This document shows positions 19,147 through 29,179 of a DNA stretch of 45,817 nucleotides, piece by piece. This stretch comes from an uncultured Deferribacteres bacterium. GTDB taxonomy: Bacteria; Zhuqueibacterota; Zhuqueibacteria; Zhuqueibacterales; Geothermadaptataceae. The notes under the pieces are model-generated. The model saw only the letters and a program-made list of their open reading frames with translations. It had not been told where the DNA came from and did not search any database. A program made the position numbers and the translations under genes. Position 1 is the stretch's first letter; each line of letters starts with the position of its first letter. The stretch covers positions 1 through 45,817 of the forward strand of contig CAXHAT010000042.1 in NCBI GenBank assembly GCA_964014485.1, written 5' to 3'.

Positions 19147-19175
19147 GAAGTTTGTTTCTCTTGGAAAGAAACTTT
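19147..19175. promoter_or_regulatory. Putative ROK operator 2, upstream of the repressor gene
   Basis: AGTTTGTT-N9-AAGAAACT, same half-sites and spacing as operator 1. Confidence 0.6.
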
Positions 19176-19272
19176 GACAAGAACATGCCTTGACGAAAGA
19201 AAGTCAATAGAAAAAAGATCAATCTCAGGAATCGAGATCAAGCGGAGGTTGAATTCAGATCGCCAAATTGTT

Positions 19273-20157
19273 TCAGAACAATTCGAGCTGTTGCGGTTGA
19301 TCGAGTTCAGCGCGGGCTGGCCAGCGTGGCATTTCGGAGGCTTGCTCGCTGGCGTTTTTAATCATTGAGTGGAAGTAATCGGCGAGGCGCGGGGCGTAGA
19401 AATCGTTCGGCGCATGCATGAAAATGTAAGGCTTTTTCCCCTCGTACATCCATTTGGCAACGGTTTGCGCCCACTGGGAGAGTACGTTTTTATTTTGCTC
19501 GATAACCGGATTACCGACAAATCGAACAAACGGCAAGTCTGCGACCGTATCAAATCGAACCGGAACTTTCGGTTTTTTTCTTTGCGCTTCACGTGTTGAA
19601 ACGTCTCCGGGCGCAGCTTTTACGGCATGAAGCGCTCGCGTATCGAAAACAACGCGACCAATGTTGTTATTGCGCAGTATTTCGTTTAGCCTGCGCTCAT
19701 TCTCGTCACTCTGGAAGAAATCCCGATGACGCACTTCAACGGCATAGCGGAAATTCGCCGGTAGTTTTTGCAGATAATTTTCCAACAACGGGAGTTCAAA
19801 GCGGCCGAACGACGGCGGAAGTTGGATGAAAAACGGGCCGAGCCTTTGCGCTAAGGGTTCAAGTCGCACAAGAAAGATCCGGGTAGCCGTTCCGGCGTTT
19901 TGCAGCCTAAGCGTGTGTGTGATTTCTTGGGGAAATTTGAAGCAAAAACGGAAATCTTCCGGCGTTTCTTCACGCCATTTTTGTATCGTCGATGCTGGCG
20001 GGAGAGCGTAGAATGTGGTGTTGCCTTCAACAGTGTTAAAAACCGAAGCGTATTGCCGCAGAAATTCTTTTGGCTTCGCGGAACTCGAAAAAAGCTCGCC
20101 GACCCATTCCTTGTTGCTCCAGATTGGGCAGCCTAGATAATAACCAAAACGATCCAC
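19273..20157 (-). CDS. DUF72 (YecE-like) protein
   Basis: YASVFNTVEGNTTFYA, FCFKFP, IQLPPSF and AVEVRH motifs; GTG start chosen 7 nt after GGAG (the ORF track starts at 20172). Confidence 0.88.
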   Translation of the reverse strand: MDRFGYYLGCPIWSNKEWVGELFSSSAKPKEFLRQYASVFNTVEGNTTFYALPPASTIQKWREETPEDFRFCFKFPQEITHTLRLQNAGTATRIFLVRLEPLAQRLGPFFIQLPPSFGRFELPLLENYLQKLPANFRYAVEVRHRDFFQSDENERRLNEILRNNNIGRVVFDTRALHAVKAAPGDVSTREAQRKKPKVPVRFDTVADLPFVRFVGNPVIEQNKNVLSQWAQTVAKWMYEGKKPYIFMHAPNDFYAPRLADYFHSMIKNASEQASEMPRWPARAELDQPQQLELF

Positions 20158-20184
20158 GAGGTTTCTCCACAACGAGATTGTCGG

Positions 20185-21228
20185 CTATGATGCGCTTTTG
20201 AGTATTTTTCGCGCTTTTTTTCGGTGCTCGCCAGCCCTGTCTTTCAGCGACTTGGGAATTTCGATCGCAAGCGCTTTTTGCGCGTGTTCTTTGGCAACGG
20301 TTAAATCTTCCATTTTTTGGCAGATTTCTGCAAGTCTGGCGTGACAAATGAGTTCATTCAGGTAGGATCGCTTTTGTTCCTTTTTGTAGGTGTTCAGGAT
20401 GTGGGCATACGCTTGCTGCGCCATTGGGAAATCGCCTTTTTTAAAGGCGGCGTCAGCTTTTGCCCAAAGGAAAAAGCGGCTGTTTGGGTATTCGGCCAAT
20501 GCTTCATCGGCCAGCATTATGGCTTCACTAAAGTCTTTTGAATCGATCAAAATCCATAGTAAGCTATTTATCGCAGGGGCGCGGCTGAAAGCGCCTTTTG
20601 TTACGGCGGTTCTGATCATTTCAACGCCGATATCTCGCTCATCTTTCACAAACGGCGTCCAGGATAGATAGCGGCTGTACTTGCTTTTGTAATATTTATA
20701 AGCGCCGACGCCGAGATAGACGTCGTAATTGGTCGAGTCAATAGCGAAAGCTTTCTGTAAAAGATCGACGCTTTTGAGACCTTCACGAAATGCTTGATAA
20801 AGCTTTTGATCCCGGCCGTTGACGTAGGCTTCGTAGCCCGTCGCGCTGCCCATGAAAAAGTAGAGCCAACTGTTTTTGGGGTCTTCTTTCAAAGCGCCTT
20901 TGCAAAGGCTTTTGACGCGAGAAGTTAATTCAAAGAACTCATCTTTTTGATCGTACAACTCAAAATCGAGCATCTGTGAGTACAGCGTGGCAGCCTCGAA
21001 AAGATAACCGATAGGGTGTTCAGGATATTGTGATTGGAGATTTTTGCACACGTTGCGGGCTTCGTCATAGGCTTGCATCACGGTCAAGTCGATCACATTT
21101 TGTATTTGAGAGACCGACGAATCCGGCAGGTTTGTAGAATTCGGGGATGAAGCATTGAGAGTTGCAGCAATAAAAATGGTGATGAAGCCGCCCCAGAGAG
21201 ATTTTTTGAGAATTTTACATTGTGCCAT
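20185..21228 (-). CDS. Tetratricopeptide-repeat protein, probably exported
   Basis: Hydrophobic N-terminal segment; helical TPR-like repeats (YPEHP, DPKN, YPNS); start uncertain (21228 or 21279). Confidence 0.75.
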   Translation of the reverse strand: MAQCKILKKSLWGGFITIFIAATLNASSPNSTNLPDSSVSQIQNVIDLTVMQAYDEARNVCKNLQSQYPEHPIGYLFEAATLYSQMLDFELYDQKDEFFELTSRVKSLCKGALKEDPKNSWLYFFMGSATGYEAYVNGRDQKLYQAFREGLKSVDLLQKAFAIDSTNYDVYLGVGAYKYYKSKYSRYLSWTPFVKDERDIGVEMIRTAVTKGAFSRAPAINSLLWILIDSKDFSEAIMLADEALAEYPNSRFFLWAKADAAFKKGDFPMAQQAYAHILNTYKKEQKRSYLNELICHARLAEICQKMEDLTVAKEHAQKALAIEIPKSLKDRAGEHRKKARKILKSAS

Positions 21229-21844
21229 ACTGCCGATCGCCTGCGTCGCCCAATCCCGGGAGAATATATCCGTTTTCATTTAACTGTCGATCAAGCGCCG
21301 CCAAATGTATCGGTGTTTCGGGGTATTTGGCGTGAACGTTTTTTACGCCTTCCGGGGCCGCAATCAGGCTGGCGACGCGAATATTGTCCGTACATCCCTG
21401 CTCTTTCAGGAACTCAATGCCCGCCAAAATACTTCCTCCGGTGGCAAGCATCGGATCAGTAAGGACGACAACGGAGTTGCCGAGATTTTTGGGGAGATTC
21501 TTGTAATACCAAACCGGCTTTAACGTCATTTCATCCCGATACATTCCAAGATGACCAATGTTCGATTTGGGAAAATATTGAATTAATCCGTCAACATATC
21601 CCAGCGCCGCTCTCAAAATAGCGACAAAGACAATTGTTTGGTTAAAAAACGGCGCATCAATTACTTCTAACGGCGTTTCAATTGTCCTGCTTTGACTCTG
21701 GAGGCTTCCCGCAAGCTCATAGCCGAGCAATGCGCCGGATTCTTTCATCAAAAGCCGGAAAACTTCGACCGGCGTATCCTTGTCTCGCATCATTGTGAGC
21801 CGATGCTGAAGCAAGGGGTTTTTAGATATAAAAACATTCTTCAA
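21215..21844 (-). CDS. upp: Uracil phosphoribosyltransferase
   Basis: ILRAA, DPMLATGGS, AAPEG and GYILPGLGDAGDR motifs. Confidence 0.96.
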   Translation of the reverse strand: MKNVFISKNPLLQHRLTMMRDKDTPVEVFRLLMKESGALLGYELAGSLQSQSRTIETPLEVIDAPFFNQTIVFVAILRAALGYVDGLIQYFPKSNIGHLGMYRDEMTLKPVWYYKNLPKNLGNSVVVLTDPMLATGGSILAGIEFLKEQGCTDNIRVASLIAAPEGVKNVHAKYPETPIHLAALDRQLNENGYILPGLGDAGDRQYGTM

Positions 21845-21950
21845 AACGTATTCTCCTTCAAGACGAAGGGAATCTAAGAGTTCTTCCTAAAAAAGCAAGA
21901 TGAAACACCGTAGCCGCTTTCGCTGACAGTTTGTGGAAAAAGGAAAAATA

Positions 21951-21979
21951 TTGACAATATTGATAAATATTGGTATACT
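21951..21979 (+). promoter_or_regulatory. Sigma70-type promoter of the sigma factor gene
   Basis: TTGACA (21951-21956), 17 nt, TATACT (21974-21979), with an extended -10 TG. Confidence 0.8.
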
Positions 21980-22042
21980 TCCCAGCTTTTTTTACCTACG
22001 TAACCATCTCTGAAATGCTATCTTGTTTGAGAAGGAGGAATT

Positions 22043-22900
22043 TTGGCGAGACTGACTGGAGGCCGACGTTCGCGTTCAGAATTATCACTGGAAAAATATC
22101 TTCAAGAAATCTCCGAAGTTCCTTTGTTGAACTCCGAGCAAGAAATTGCATTAGCCAAAAGAATTAAGGAAGGCAGCCAGGAAGCGCTGGAAATTCTGAC
22201 CAAAGCCAATTTGCGTTTTGTTGTCAGTGTTGCCAAGCAATACCAAAATCAAGGCCTTTCTCTAGGCGACTTGATTAACGAAGGCAACCTTGGTCTGATT
22301 AAAGCGGCGACGCGTTTCGACGAGACGCGCGGCTTTAAGTTTATTAGCTACGCCGTTTGGTGGATCCGGCAATCGATTTTGCAAGCGCTGGCGGAGCAGT
22401 CGCGAGTTGTCCGCTTGCCGCTTAATCGTGTCGGCGCGTTGAACAAGATCGGCAAGGCTTTGAGCGAGCTTGAGCAGGAATTCGAGCGGGAGCCGTCCGA
22501 AGAAGAGTTGGCTGACCAACTGGAAATGTCGGCTGCGGAAATTTCAGACGCGCTCAAAATGTCCGGTCGCCATCTATCGCTTGATGCTCCTTTCAATCAA
22601 GATGAGGAGAGTCGGCTTCTTGACGTTTTGGAAAGCGAAGAGCAGCCTTCTCCTGACGGATACTTGCTTGATGAGTCTTTAAAGGTTGAAGTTGAACGCG
22701 CCCTTTCAACTTTAACAAAAAGAGAAGCGGAAGTCGTCAAGCTTTATTTCGGCTTAGGCCGGGAGCACCCGTTGACGCTTGAAGAAATTGGCGAGTTATT
22801 TAACTTGACCAGAGAAAGGGTACGACAAATAAAGGAAAAAGCTATTGCCAGATTAAGGCACGCTTCCCGGAGCAAGTCTTTGCGCCCATACCTCGGCTGA
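22043..22900 (+). CDS. rpoD: RNA polymerase sigma factor, RpoD/SigA family (short form lacking region 1.1)
   Basis: [32 protein letters not shown] and TLEEIG...TRERVRQI motifs; AGGAGG before the TTG start. Confidence 0.92.
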   Translation: MARLTGGRRSRSELSLEKYLQEISEVPLLNSEQEIALAKRIKEGSQEALEILTKANLRFVVSVAKQYQNQGLSLGDLINEGNLGLIKAATRFDETRGFKFISYAVWWIRQSILQALAEQSRVVRLPLNRVGALNKIGKALSELEQEFEREPSEEELADQLEMSAAEISDALKMSGRHLSLDAPFNQDEESRLLDVLESEEQPSPDGYLLDESLKVEVERALSTLTKREAEVVKLYFGLGREHPLTLEEIGELFNLTRERVRQIKEKAIARLRHASRSKSLRPYLG

Positions 22901-23119
22901 ACTCGGAACGTTATTGCTTTTTTTGAGTTTTTCTCGCTTAAGACGCTTGCTCTATAAAACCCCCGGAAGGAATCCTCATTTCCCATTTTCACTAAGGAAT
23001 GTTTACCTGAATTGCTGTTTTGTTGCGATTTTGGACTAATTCGCTTGGCTGTTTAAATATTCATAATCAAATTTGACTGTAACTTAATATGGTTGCGCAA
23101 GAAAAATGCCTGAGGAGGG

Positions 23120-24055
23120 ATGAGAATGCATCAGAAGCGACTTAAGTTGATTTATTTTTCACTTGAGGGCTCAGATAGCAGAGAGTTGAGCATTTCATGG
23201 GGCCGTATCGTTTCCATTCTTTCATTCGCTTTTGTTGTTCTCGTTATTCTAGCGGGTTCTTCGGTTGCTCTATTTACGGATTTTTACCACAATTTGAGAG
23301 TCGAGCAATTGGAGAATTCGAAACGTACGCTAACCAAAGAATTGAATACGCTAAACGCGAAAGTATTGGTCATTGATCAACAATTGAAGTCCATCGAAAA
23401 AGAAAATGATAATCTGCGCATATTCGCTGAATTATCGCCGCTTGATGAAGAGACGAGAATGATGGGCGTAGGCGGGATGGTTGATACTGAATTGATCGAG
23501 CTTAAGAATTCGCTTTCCCCCGATATTGCTCCAGACGTTATTTCCGTCCGAGGCACAATTGATGAAATGACAAGAAGAGTTGAGCTTTGGAAAAAAGCGC
23601 ACTTGCAAGTTGAATCCGCGATTGAAGGCAAAAAGACGTTCTTTAGCAAAATTCCGTCGATCAAACCGGTCGATGAAGGCTGGCTTTCGAGCGCGTTTGG
23701 TTACCGAATTGACCCCTTTACGGAAAAATCAAAATTCCACGAAGGCTTGGATTTTGTCGCGGAACTAGGAACAAAAGTAGCGGCCACAGCGGCTGGCACA
23801 GTGATAAAAGCCAAAAACCATTACAAACCCGGCTCTAGTTACGGGAAAGAAGTTATTATTGATCACGGTAACGGTCTGAAGACGCGATATGCGCATTTAT
23901 CCAAAGTGCTGGTCAAGAAAAATCAGAAGATAAAGCGGTGGGACATTATTGGAGAAGTTGGCTCAACAGGACGGTCTTCGGGCCCGCACTTGCACTATGA
24001 AATTTTAAAAGGCGACGCGCAAATCAACCCTTACAATTATATCATCAATAATTAG
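23120..24055 (+). CDS. M23 family metallopeptidase with N-terminal TM and coiled coil
   Basis: FGYRIDPF, HEGLD, YAHL and GRSSGPHLHYE motifs; RBS GAGGAGG. Confidence 0.92.
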   Translation: MRMHQKRLKLIYFSLEGSDSRELSISWGRIVSILSFAFVVLVILAGSSVALFTDFYHNLRVEQLENSKRTLTKELNTLNAKVLVIDQQLKSIEKENDNLRIFAELSPLDEETRMMGVGGMVDTELIELKNSLSPDIAPDVISVRGTIDEMTRRVELWKKAHLQVESAIEGKKTFFSKIPSIKPVDEGWLSSAFGYRIDPFTEKSKFHEGLDFVAELGTKVAATAAGTVIKAKNHYKPGSSYGKEVIIDHGNGLKTRYAHLSKVLVKKNQKIKRWDIIGEVGSTGRSSGPHLHYEILKGDAQINPYNYIINN

Positions 24056-24076
24056 CCGCGGTTAACGAGAGTTTCT

Positions 24077-24113
24077 GAACCATCCCTGAATTCATTTGAT
24101 TCCGGGATGGTTC
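24077..24113. terminator. Hairpin between convergent genes (possible bidirectional terminator)
   Basis: GAACCATCCC...GGGATGGTTC 10-bp perfect stem; no strong U-tract. Confidence 0.5.
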
Positions 24114-24114
24114 T

Positions 24115-25641
24115 TCATGATAGTTCCTCAATTTGAAACTTCATTTTTATATCGTACTTTTTGATCATTCGGTAGATTGTCATCCGATTGACCCCCGCTT
24201 TCCTCGCCGCTGAAGAAATATTCCCGTTGCAAAGATCGATAAGATCGACCAAGTACTTCCGTTCATATTTTTCTAACCACAAAGCCCTCGCTTCTCTTAG
24301 AGTCATATCTGCGGCGTCGAATGGCGCTCCTGTAACGACCTGAGCGGAATTGTTGCCAAGATGTTCCGGTAAGTCATCGGTCGTAATCCTTTCGCCGACG
24401 GACAGGCTCACCATGCGTTCCACGACATTCTGTAATTCCCGGATATTTCCAGGCCAATCGTATTGGCACAATGCGCGCAAAGCGTCATCGTCTATTTTCT
24501 TGACGCCCCGGGCGTTTTTATGATTAAACTTTTTCAAGAAATGATGCAAAAGGAGAGGAACGTCTTCGCTTCTTTCGCGCAAGGGCGGCAAATGAATTGG
24601 AACGACGTTGAGGCGATAATACAAATCTTCTCGAAGCACGCCTTCTTTGACGGCCTGCATAGGAATCCGGTTTGTTGCGGCAACGACGCGAATGTCAACT
24701 TCGATCAGATCCTTCCCCCCGATGTGTCGAAACTGACGTTCTTGCAAGACGCGCAACAGTTTCGCCTGTAGTTCCGGGTTTAGTTCGCCGATTTCGTCCA
24801 GGAAAAATGTGCCGTTATTCGCGATTTCCATCAGCCCTTTTTTGGCGGCGTTGGCTCCGGTAAAAGCGCCTTTTTCGTAGCCGAATAGTTCGCTTTCCAA
24901 CAGGTTCGCGGGCAGCGCAACGCAGTCAACAGCGACAAAATTTTGCCGCGAACGGTTGCTGCAATCGTGAATCGCTTTGGCAACAAGTTCCTTACCTGTA
25001 CCGCTTTCGCCCGTAATTAAAACACTAGCCTCCGTATCCGCGACTCGTTTGATTCGCTCCTTAATTCTTCTTATCCCGTCCGAAGTGCCGATAATCGCTT
25101 GCAAGCCGTCTTCTTGCTCCAACTGTGAGCGAAGCTTGCGATTTTCCTCCAAGATTTTTTGGGCCTGTTCCAGCCGTTTGGTTTGGCTGGCAACTTTTTG
25201 AGCCTGAATTTTATTTGTCACCAAAACATTTTCGATGACATTGACGAGTTCGCGATTGCCGAAAGGCTTGTTAAGAAACAAGGATAAGCCCATCTCCAAA
25301 AACCTGGCGCGCATTGGATTTTCATCTGCAAACGCCGTCATCATTATCACAGGCACGTCTTTGAAAGCCCGATAATCTTGGGATTCCTTGAGTTTTTGTA
25401 GCACGCCGTAGCCGTCCATGCCAGGCATCATGTAATCCAAAAGGATTAAATCTATGGGGTATTGCTTGAGCATTTCCAAACCCCTGCCCCCTTCAGCGGA
25501 AGAATAAAAACCGTAACCGGCGGAGGTCAGGATTTTCTTACAAATGAGGTGCATGTTTGCATCATCATCGATCAGCAAAACATTACGTTTTAATTCCGAA
25601 GCGACCTCTGTGGCGGGCGTTGAATTCGAATCAGGCGTCAC
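24115..25641 (-). CDS. Sigma-54-dependent response regulator (NtrC family: REC, AAA+, Fis HTH)
   Basis: LIDDD and LDYMMPGMDG receiver motifs; GESGTGKE, GAFTGA, FLDEIGE and WPGNIREL; GNISSAARKAGVNR HTH. Confidence 0.94.
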   Translation of the reverse strand: MTPDSNSTPATEVASELKRNVLLIDDDANMHLICKKILTSAGYGFYSSAEGGRGLEMLKQYPIDLILLDYMMPGMDGYGVLQKLKESQDYRAFKDVPVIMMTAFADENPMRARFLEMGLSLFLNKPFGNRELVNVIENVLVTNKIQAQKVASQTKRLEQAQKILEENRKLRSQLEQEDGLQAIIGTSDGIRRIKERIKRVADTEASVLITGESGTGKELVAKAIHDCSNRSRQNFVAVDCVALPANLLESELFGYEKGAFTGANAAKKGLMEIANNGTFFLDEIGELNPELQAKLLRVLQERQFRHIGGKDLIEVDIRVVAATNRIPMQAVKEGVLREDLYYRLNVVPIHLPPLRERSEDVPLLLHHFLKKFNHKNARGVKKIDDDALRALCQYDWPGNIRELQNVVERMVSLSVGERITTDDLPEHLGNNSAQVVTGAPFDAADMTLREARALWLEKYERKYLVDLIDLCNGNISSAARKAGVNRMTIYRMIKKYDIKMKFQIEELS

Positions 25642-25890
25642 CCAATTCTCCTTTTTAAATCGTAGTTCAAAGTTGCAGCGCGAATAAGGTTATCAGCCAA
25701 TATATAACGCTCTAACCTGCTCAATGCGGAATCAATATGTCGAGCAGTTTATACAAGTTCTGCGATTCTTTTGTGAAAAAACAGAGACGTTTAGGTTCAG
25801 ATGAATTGACTTTCGTCGTATTTGGAATAGCTTTGTTTAAAATATGCGACAATGCTTCGTTTCATGCCGGGGAAATTTCCGGGGGTAATT

Positions 25891-28380
25891 ATGAAAGTCT
25901 TTTTATCTTTCTTCCTGACTTGTTTCATTTCGAATTTTGTACAAGCGCAGATCGTGTTGACGGAAGTTATGTTCGACCCAACCGGACCGGAAGCCAGCGA
26001 CGAATTTATCGAAATATTGAATATCGGTGATTCGCCAATTGATCTGAATGGGTTTGCCGTCGGGGATGGAGATCGCGTCGAATCAATCATTTTTCCAAAT
26101 GACGACACGGTTTTGGCGCCAAATCAATACGCCGTTATTTTCGATTCTGATTACTTCACCAGCGATCGCAATTACGACGAATTGATTCCTGCCGCAGCTC
26201 TTGTTCTATCGGTGGATGATAAAACGCTCGGTTCAGCCGGCCTTTCCAATAGTCGCGCCGAGACCGTCATTTTGCTTGATGTTCAAGGCGATACCTTGGG
26301 GAGCTATGTTTATTCGTTGGGAAATCCTGCTGGATTTTCGGATGAAAAAATTGAGCCCGAAGACGGCGACGATTTGAGCAATTGGGCGGACAGCATATCT
26401 CAACTCGGAACGCCGGGGGCAAAGAACAGCGTCTCGCCAAAACAATTTGATCTTGCCGTCGCGCTTTCGGAATCCGGCATAACGCCGCCAATTCCGAGAA
26501 GCGGCCAAAATGTCGAACTGCGATTTGTCGTCGAAAACAGGGGAGAGGCCGATGCCGCTCAATCAATATTTTCGTTAACCGCAGGTGATACTCAGCGTGT
26601 TTTTACGGAAACTATATCGCCGCTTTCCGTGCAAGGCCGTTTTGAATTGGCGACTTTTTGGACCCCAGAGCGCCCAGGCGTACATGAGTTTCAAGCGAAA
26701 ATTTCCTTGCCTGGGGACGAAGACAAATCGAATGATGCTTTGGAATTTGCCGTTCCAGTTGCGTGGCCTGAGCAAAGCCTGTTGATCAATGAAATTATGT
26801 ACAATCCTGGGACTGGCGAACCGGAGTGGGTGGAGGTTTTGAACCCCGGAGCAGAAGCAATCATCTTGAATGAATGGAGAGTTCAAGACGCTTCGGGGAA
26901 AACAGGGATTGTTCGAGTTGATGATTCGTTGGCTATCGCGCCCGGCGGTTACGCGGTTTTCACGAGTGATTTGCTCGTTCGCGAGTTGTACAGTATCGCC
27001 GTCGAAATCCCGGTTGTACCGTTGGTTGGATTTCCAACTTTGAATAACACGAACGACGAAATCTTGCTCAAGGATTTCACCGGCTCGCAAATCGATTCAA
27101 CCTTGTACCCACAAATCGGAACGGCGGAGAAAGGCGTTTCTCTGGAGCGAATTTGGGACACGGAGTCGTCGTTAAGCCCGACCAATTGGGCGGCTTCGAA
27201 CGATCCTGCGGGCGCTACACCGGGACGGATGAACAGCGTATCGCCGGTAAGTTTTGATCTTGGAATTGATGCGCTGAGCTTGACTTTTGCGCCTGAACGC
27301 CCGATTCGCGGAGATGAGCTTTTTTTGACATTTAACATCGAAAATAGAGGCCGTGAAAATGCCTCGCTCGAAGCTGTCCGCTTGTTTCATGATTTAGATT
27401 TCGATCAAAGATTTTCCAATGAAGAAAGAGTCGCCGAATGGCCCGTTGCCGAAATTTTATTACCTCAATCGAAGCAAGTTGAGTCGCTTTCTTGGATGCT
27501 GGAGCAATCGGGTCTCAATCGTTTTCAACTTGAAATTGAAGCCGGTAGTGACCAGCGATTGGCCGACAATGTTCACGCATTCGAAATACCGGTTGGCTTC
27601 CTTGAAAACGATTTGATCATCAATGAAATTATGGCCAGCCCCGCCGAAAATGAGCCAGAGTGGATTGAGATCATCAATTGCTCGCAACAAAGTTTTGATT
27701 TGCTTGGCTGGCGAATCGGTGACGGCGTTTCTGTATCGGAGCCTGTGCTTGATCGAGTTATCGTTGAACCCGGGGCTTTGATTACTTTGGCGCAGAGCGA
27801 ATTAACACAAGTCAGCGATGAAATTGTCCTTTCCAAATTCCCGAGCTTGAACAACAGCGGCGAAGTTGTTCGTCTGCTCGACCTGCAAAATAATGTGATC
27901 GACAGTGTTGCATATTCTGAAACGACGACCGGCGTTTCGATCGAGAGAATCAACCCAAAACTTCCGTCGGACGATTCGGCGAATTGGCGGATGAGCGTGG
28001 CCCCGACCGGCTCAACGCCTGGCGAGCAAAACAGCATTTTTGTAGATGTTCTTCCAGTGAAAAGCGCACTCACTGCGTCGCCGAACCCTTTTTCGCCGGA
28101 CAACGACGGAATCGAAGACGTTACGGTGATTAGTTTTGAGCTGCCCTTGGTCGAGAGTCAGGTTAATTTGCGGATTTTTGATCTTTACGGGCGGGAAGTG
28201 CGGAGATTGTTGAATAATGCCCCAGCCGCCGCTACCCGGCAAGTTGTGTGGGACGGCCGAACGGACGACGGCGGAATTCTTAAGATGGGGATCTATGTTG
28301 TTTTGCTCGAAGCGATTAATGCGGGACAAGGCCGTTTGGAGAAAGCGAAGACGACTGTAGTCGTTGCTAAAAAGCTGTAA
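25891..28380 (+). CDS. Secreted protein with three lamin-tail domains, CARDB-like domains and a FlgD-like C-terminal domain
   Basis: Three (T/N)E(V/I)MxxP...E(F/W)(I/V)E...TPGxxNS units; PNPFSPDNDG...WDG...GIY tail; signal peptide from ATG 25891. Confidence 0.85.
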   Translation: MKVFLSFFLTCFISNFVQAQIVLTEVMFDPTGPEASDEFIEILNIGDSPIDLNGFAVGDGDRVESIIFPNDDTVLAPNQYAVIFDSDYFTSDRNYDELIPAAALVLSVDDKTLGSAGLSNSRAETVILLDVQGDTLGSYVYSLGNPAGFSDEKIEPEDGDDLSNWADSISQLGTPGAKNSVSPKQFDLAVALSESGITPPIPRSGQNVELRFVVENRGEADAAQSIFSLTAGDTQRVFTETISPLSVQGRFELATFWTPERPGVHEFQAKISLPGDEDKSNDALEFAVPVAWPEQSLLINEIMYNPGTGEPEWVEVLNPGAEAIILNEWRVQDASGKTGIVRVDDSLAIAPGGYAVFTSDLLVRELYSIAVEIPVVPLVGFPTLNNTNDEILLKDFTGSQIDSTLYPQIGTAEKGVSLERIWDTESSLSPTNWAASNDPAGATPGRMNSVSPVSFDLGIDALSLTFAPERPIRGDELFLTFNIENRGRENASLEAVRLFHDLDFDQRFSNEERVAEWPVAEILLPQSKQVESLSWMLEQSGLNRFQLEIEAGSDQRLADNVHAFEIPVGFLENDLIINEIMASPAENEPEWIEIINCSQQSFDLLGWRIGDGVSVSEPVLDRVIVEPGALITLAQSELTQVSDEIVLSKFPSLNNSGEVVRLLDLQNNVIDSVAYSETTTGVSIERINPKLPSDDSANWRMSVAPTGSTPGEQNSIFVDVLPVKSALTASPNPFSPDNDGIEDVTVISFELPLVESQVNLRIFDLYGREVRRLLNNAPAAATRQVVWDGRTDDGGILKMGIYVVLLEAINAGQGRLEKAKTTVVVAKKL

Positions 28381-28408
28381 TTTTTTAAGATAGCTCTAAT
28401 TATTTTCA

Positions 28409-28437
28409 TTGATTTTTGCTGTGCAATCTCTTAGATT
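28409..28437 (+). promoter_or_regulatory. Possible sigma70 promoter of the yggS operon
   Basis: TTGATT, 17 nt, TAGATT, ending 18 nt before the ATG. Confidence 0.4.
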
Positions 28438-28455
28438 GGCCGCCTGAGAAAAGAT

Positions 28456-29151
28456 ATGAATGACATTAGAGAAAATTTGTTTCGCGTTCGCGAACGTATT
28501 GAAAAAGCTTGCGCTCGTTCAGGCCGCGCCCCGGATGACGTCACGTTGATTGGCGTCACCAAAACAAAGCCGGCCGAATTCGTAGAAGAAGCAATCGCCG
28601 CAGGTATTCGTGATATTGGGGAAAACAAAGTTATGGAAGCGGTTGCAAAGAAGGCCCAAGTTTCAGGCAAAGCGACGTGGCACCTGATCGGCCACTTACA
28701 ACGAAACAAAGTACGCAAAGCGCTTCAAAACTTTGATCTCATTCACTCTGTTGATTCGCTGCGCCTGGCGGAAAAAATAGATCAGGAAAGCGGTAAGCTT
28801 GGCAAAACGACAAGCGTGCTGCTGCAGGTTAACACGTCGCGCGAAACGAGCAAATTCGGCGTTCAGCTCGAAGACGCCTCGACTTTTGCCGAACAGGTTG
28901 CAAGTTCTTACTCGAATATTGTTGTCAAAGGCTTGATGACGATAGGCCCGCTTTCACCAGATCAAAAACTGATTCGCGCAAGCTTTCGCGCCTTGTACGC
29001 TCTTTTTGATGAGCTTGGCAGAAGAGATTTTCCAAGAATGGAAATGAAGTATTTGTCGATGGGCATGACGAATGATTTTGAGATTGCGATTGAAGAAAAC
29101 GCAAACATGCTGCGCCTCGGTCGCGTGATTTTTGGGGATCGAGCGGTGTAG
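28456..29151 (+). CDS. yggS: PLP homeostasis protein YggS/PLPBP
   Basis: IGVTK, GEN, WHLIGHLQRNK, HSVDS, GLMTI and LSMGMTNDF motifs. Confidence 0.95.
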   Translation: MNDIRENLFRVRERIEKACARSGRAPDDVTLIGVTKTKPAEFVEEAIAAGIRDIGENKVMEAVAKKAQVSGKATWHLIGHLQRNKVRKALQNFDLIHSVDSLRLAEKIDQESGKLGKTTSVLLQVNTSRETSKFGVQLEDASTFAEQVASSYSNIVVKGLMTIGPLSPDQKLIRASFRALYALFDELGRRDFPRMEMKYLSMGMTNDFEIAIEENANMLRLGRVIFGDRAV

Positions 29152-29179
29152 TAAACCATTTTCAACGCCAGGAGGTCAA

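Noticed and set aside
18952..19368. 138-aa plus-strand ORF
   Set aside because: It spans the ROK upstream regulatory region and the end of the DUF72 gene, with no family features.
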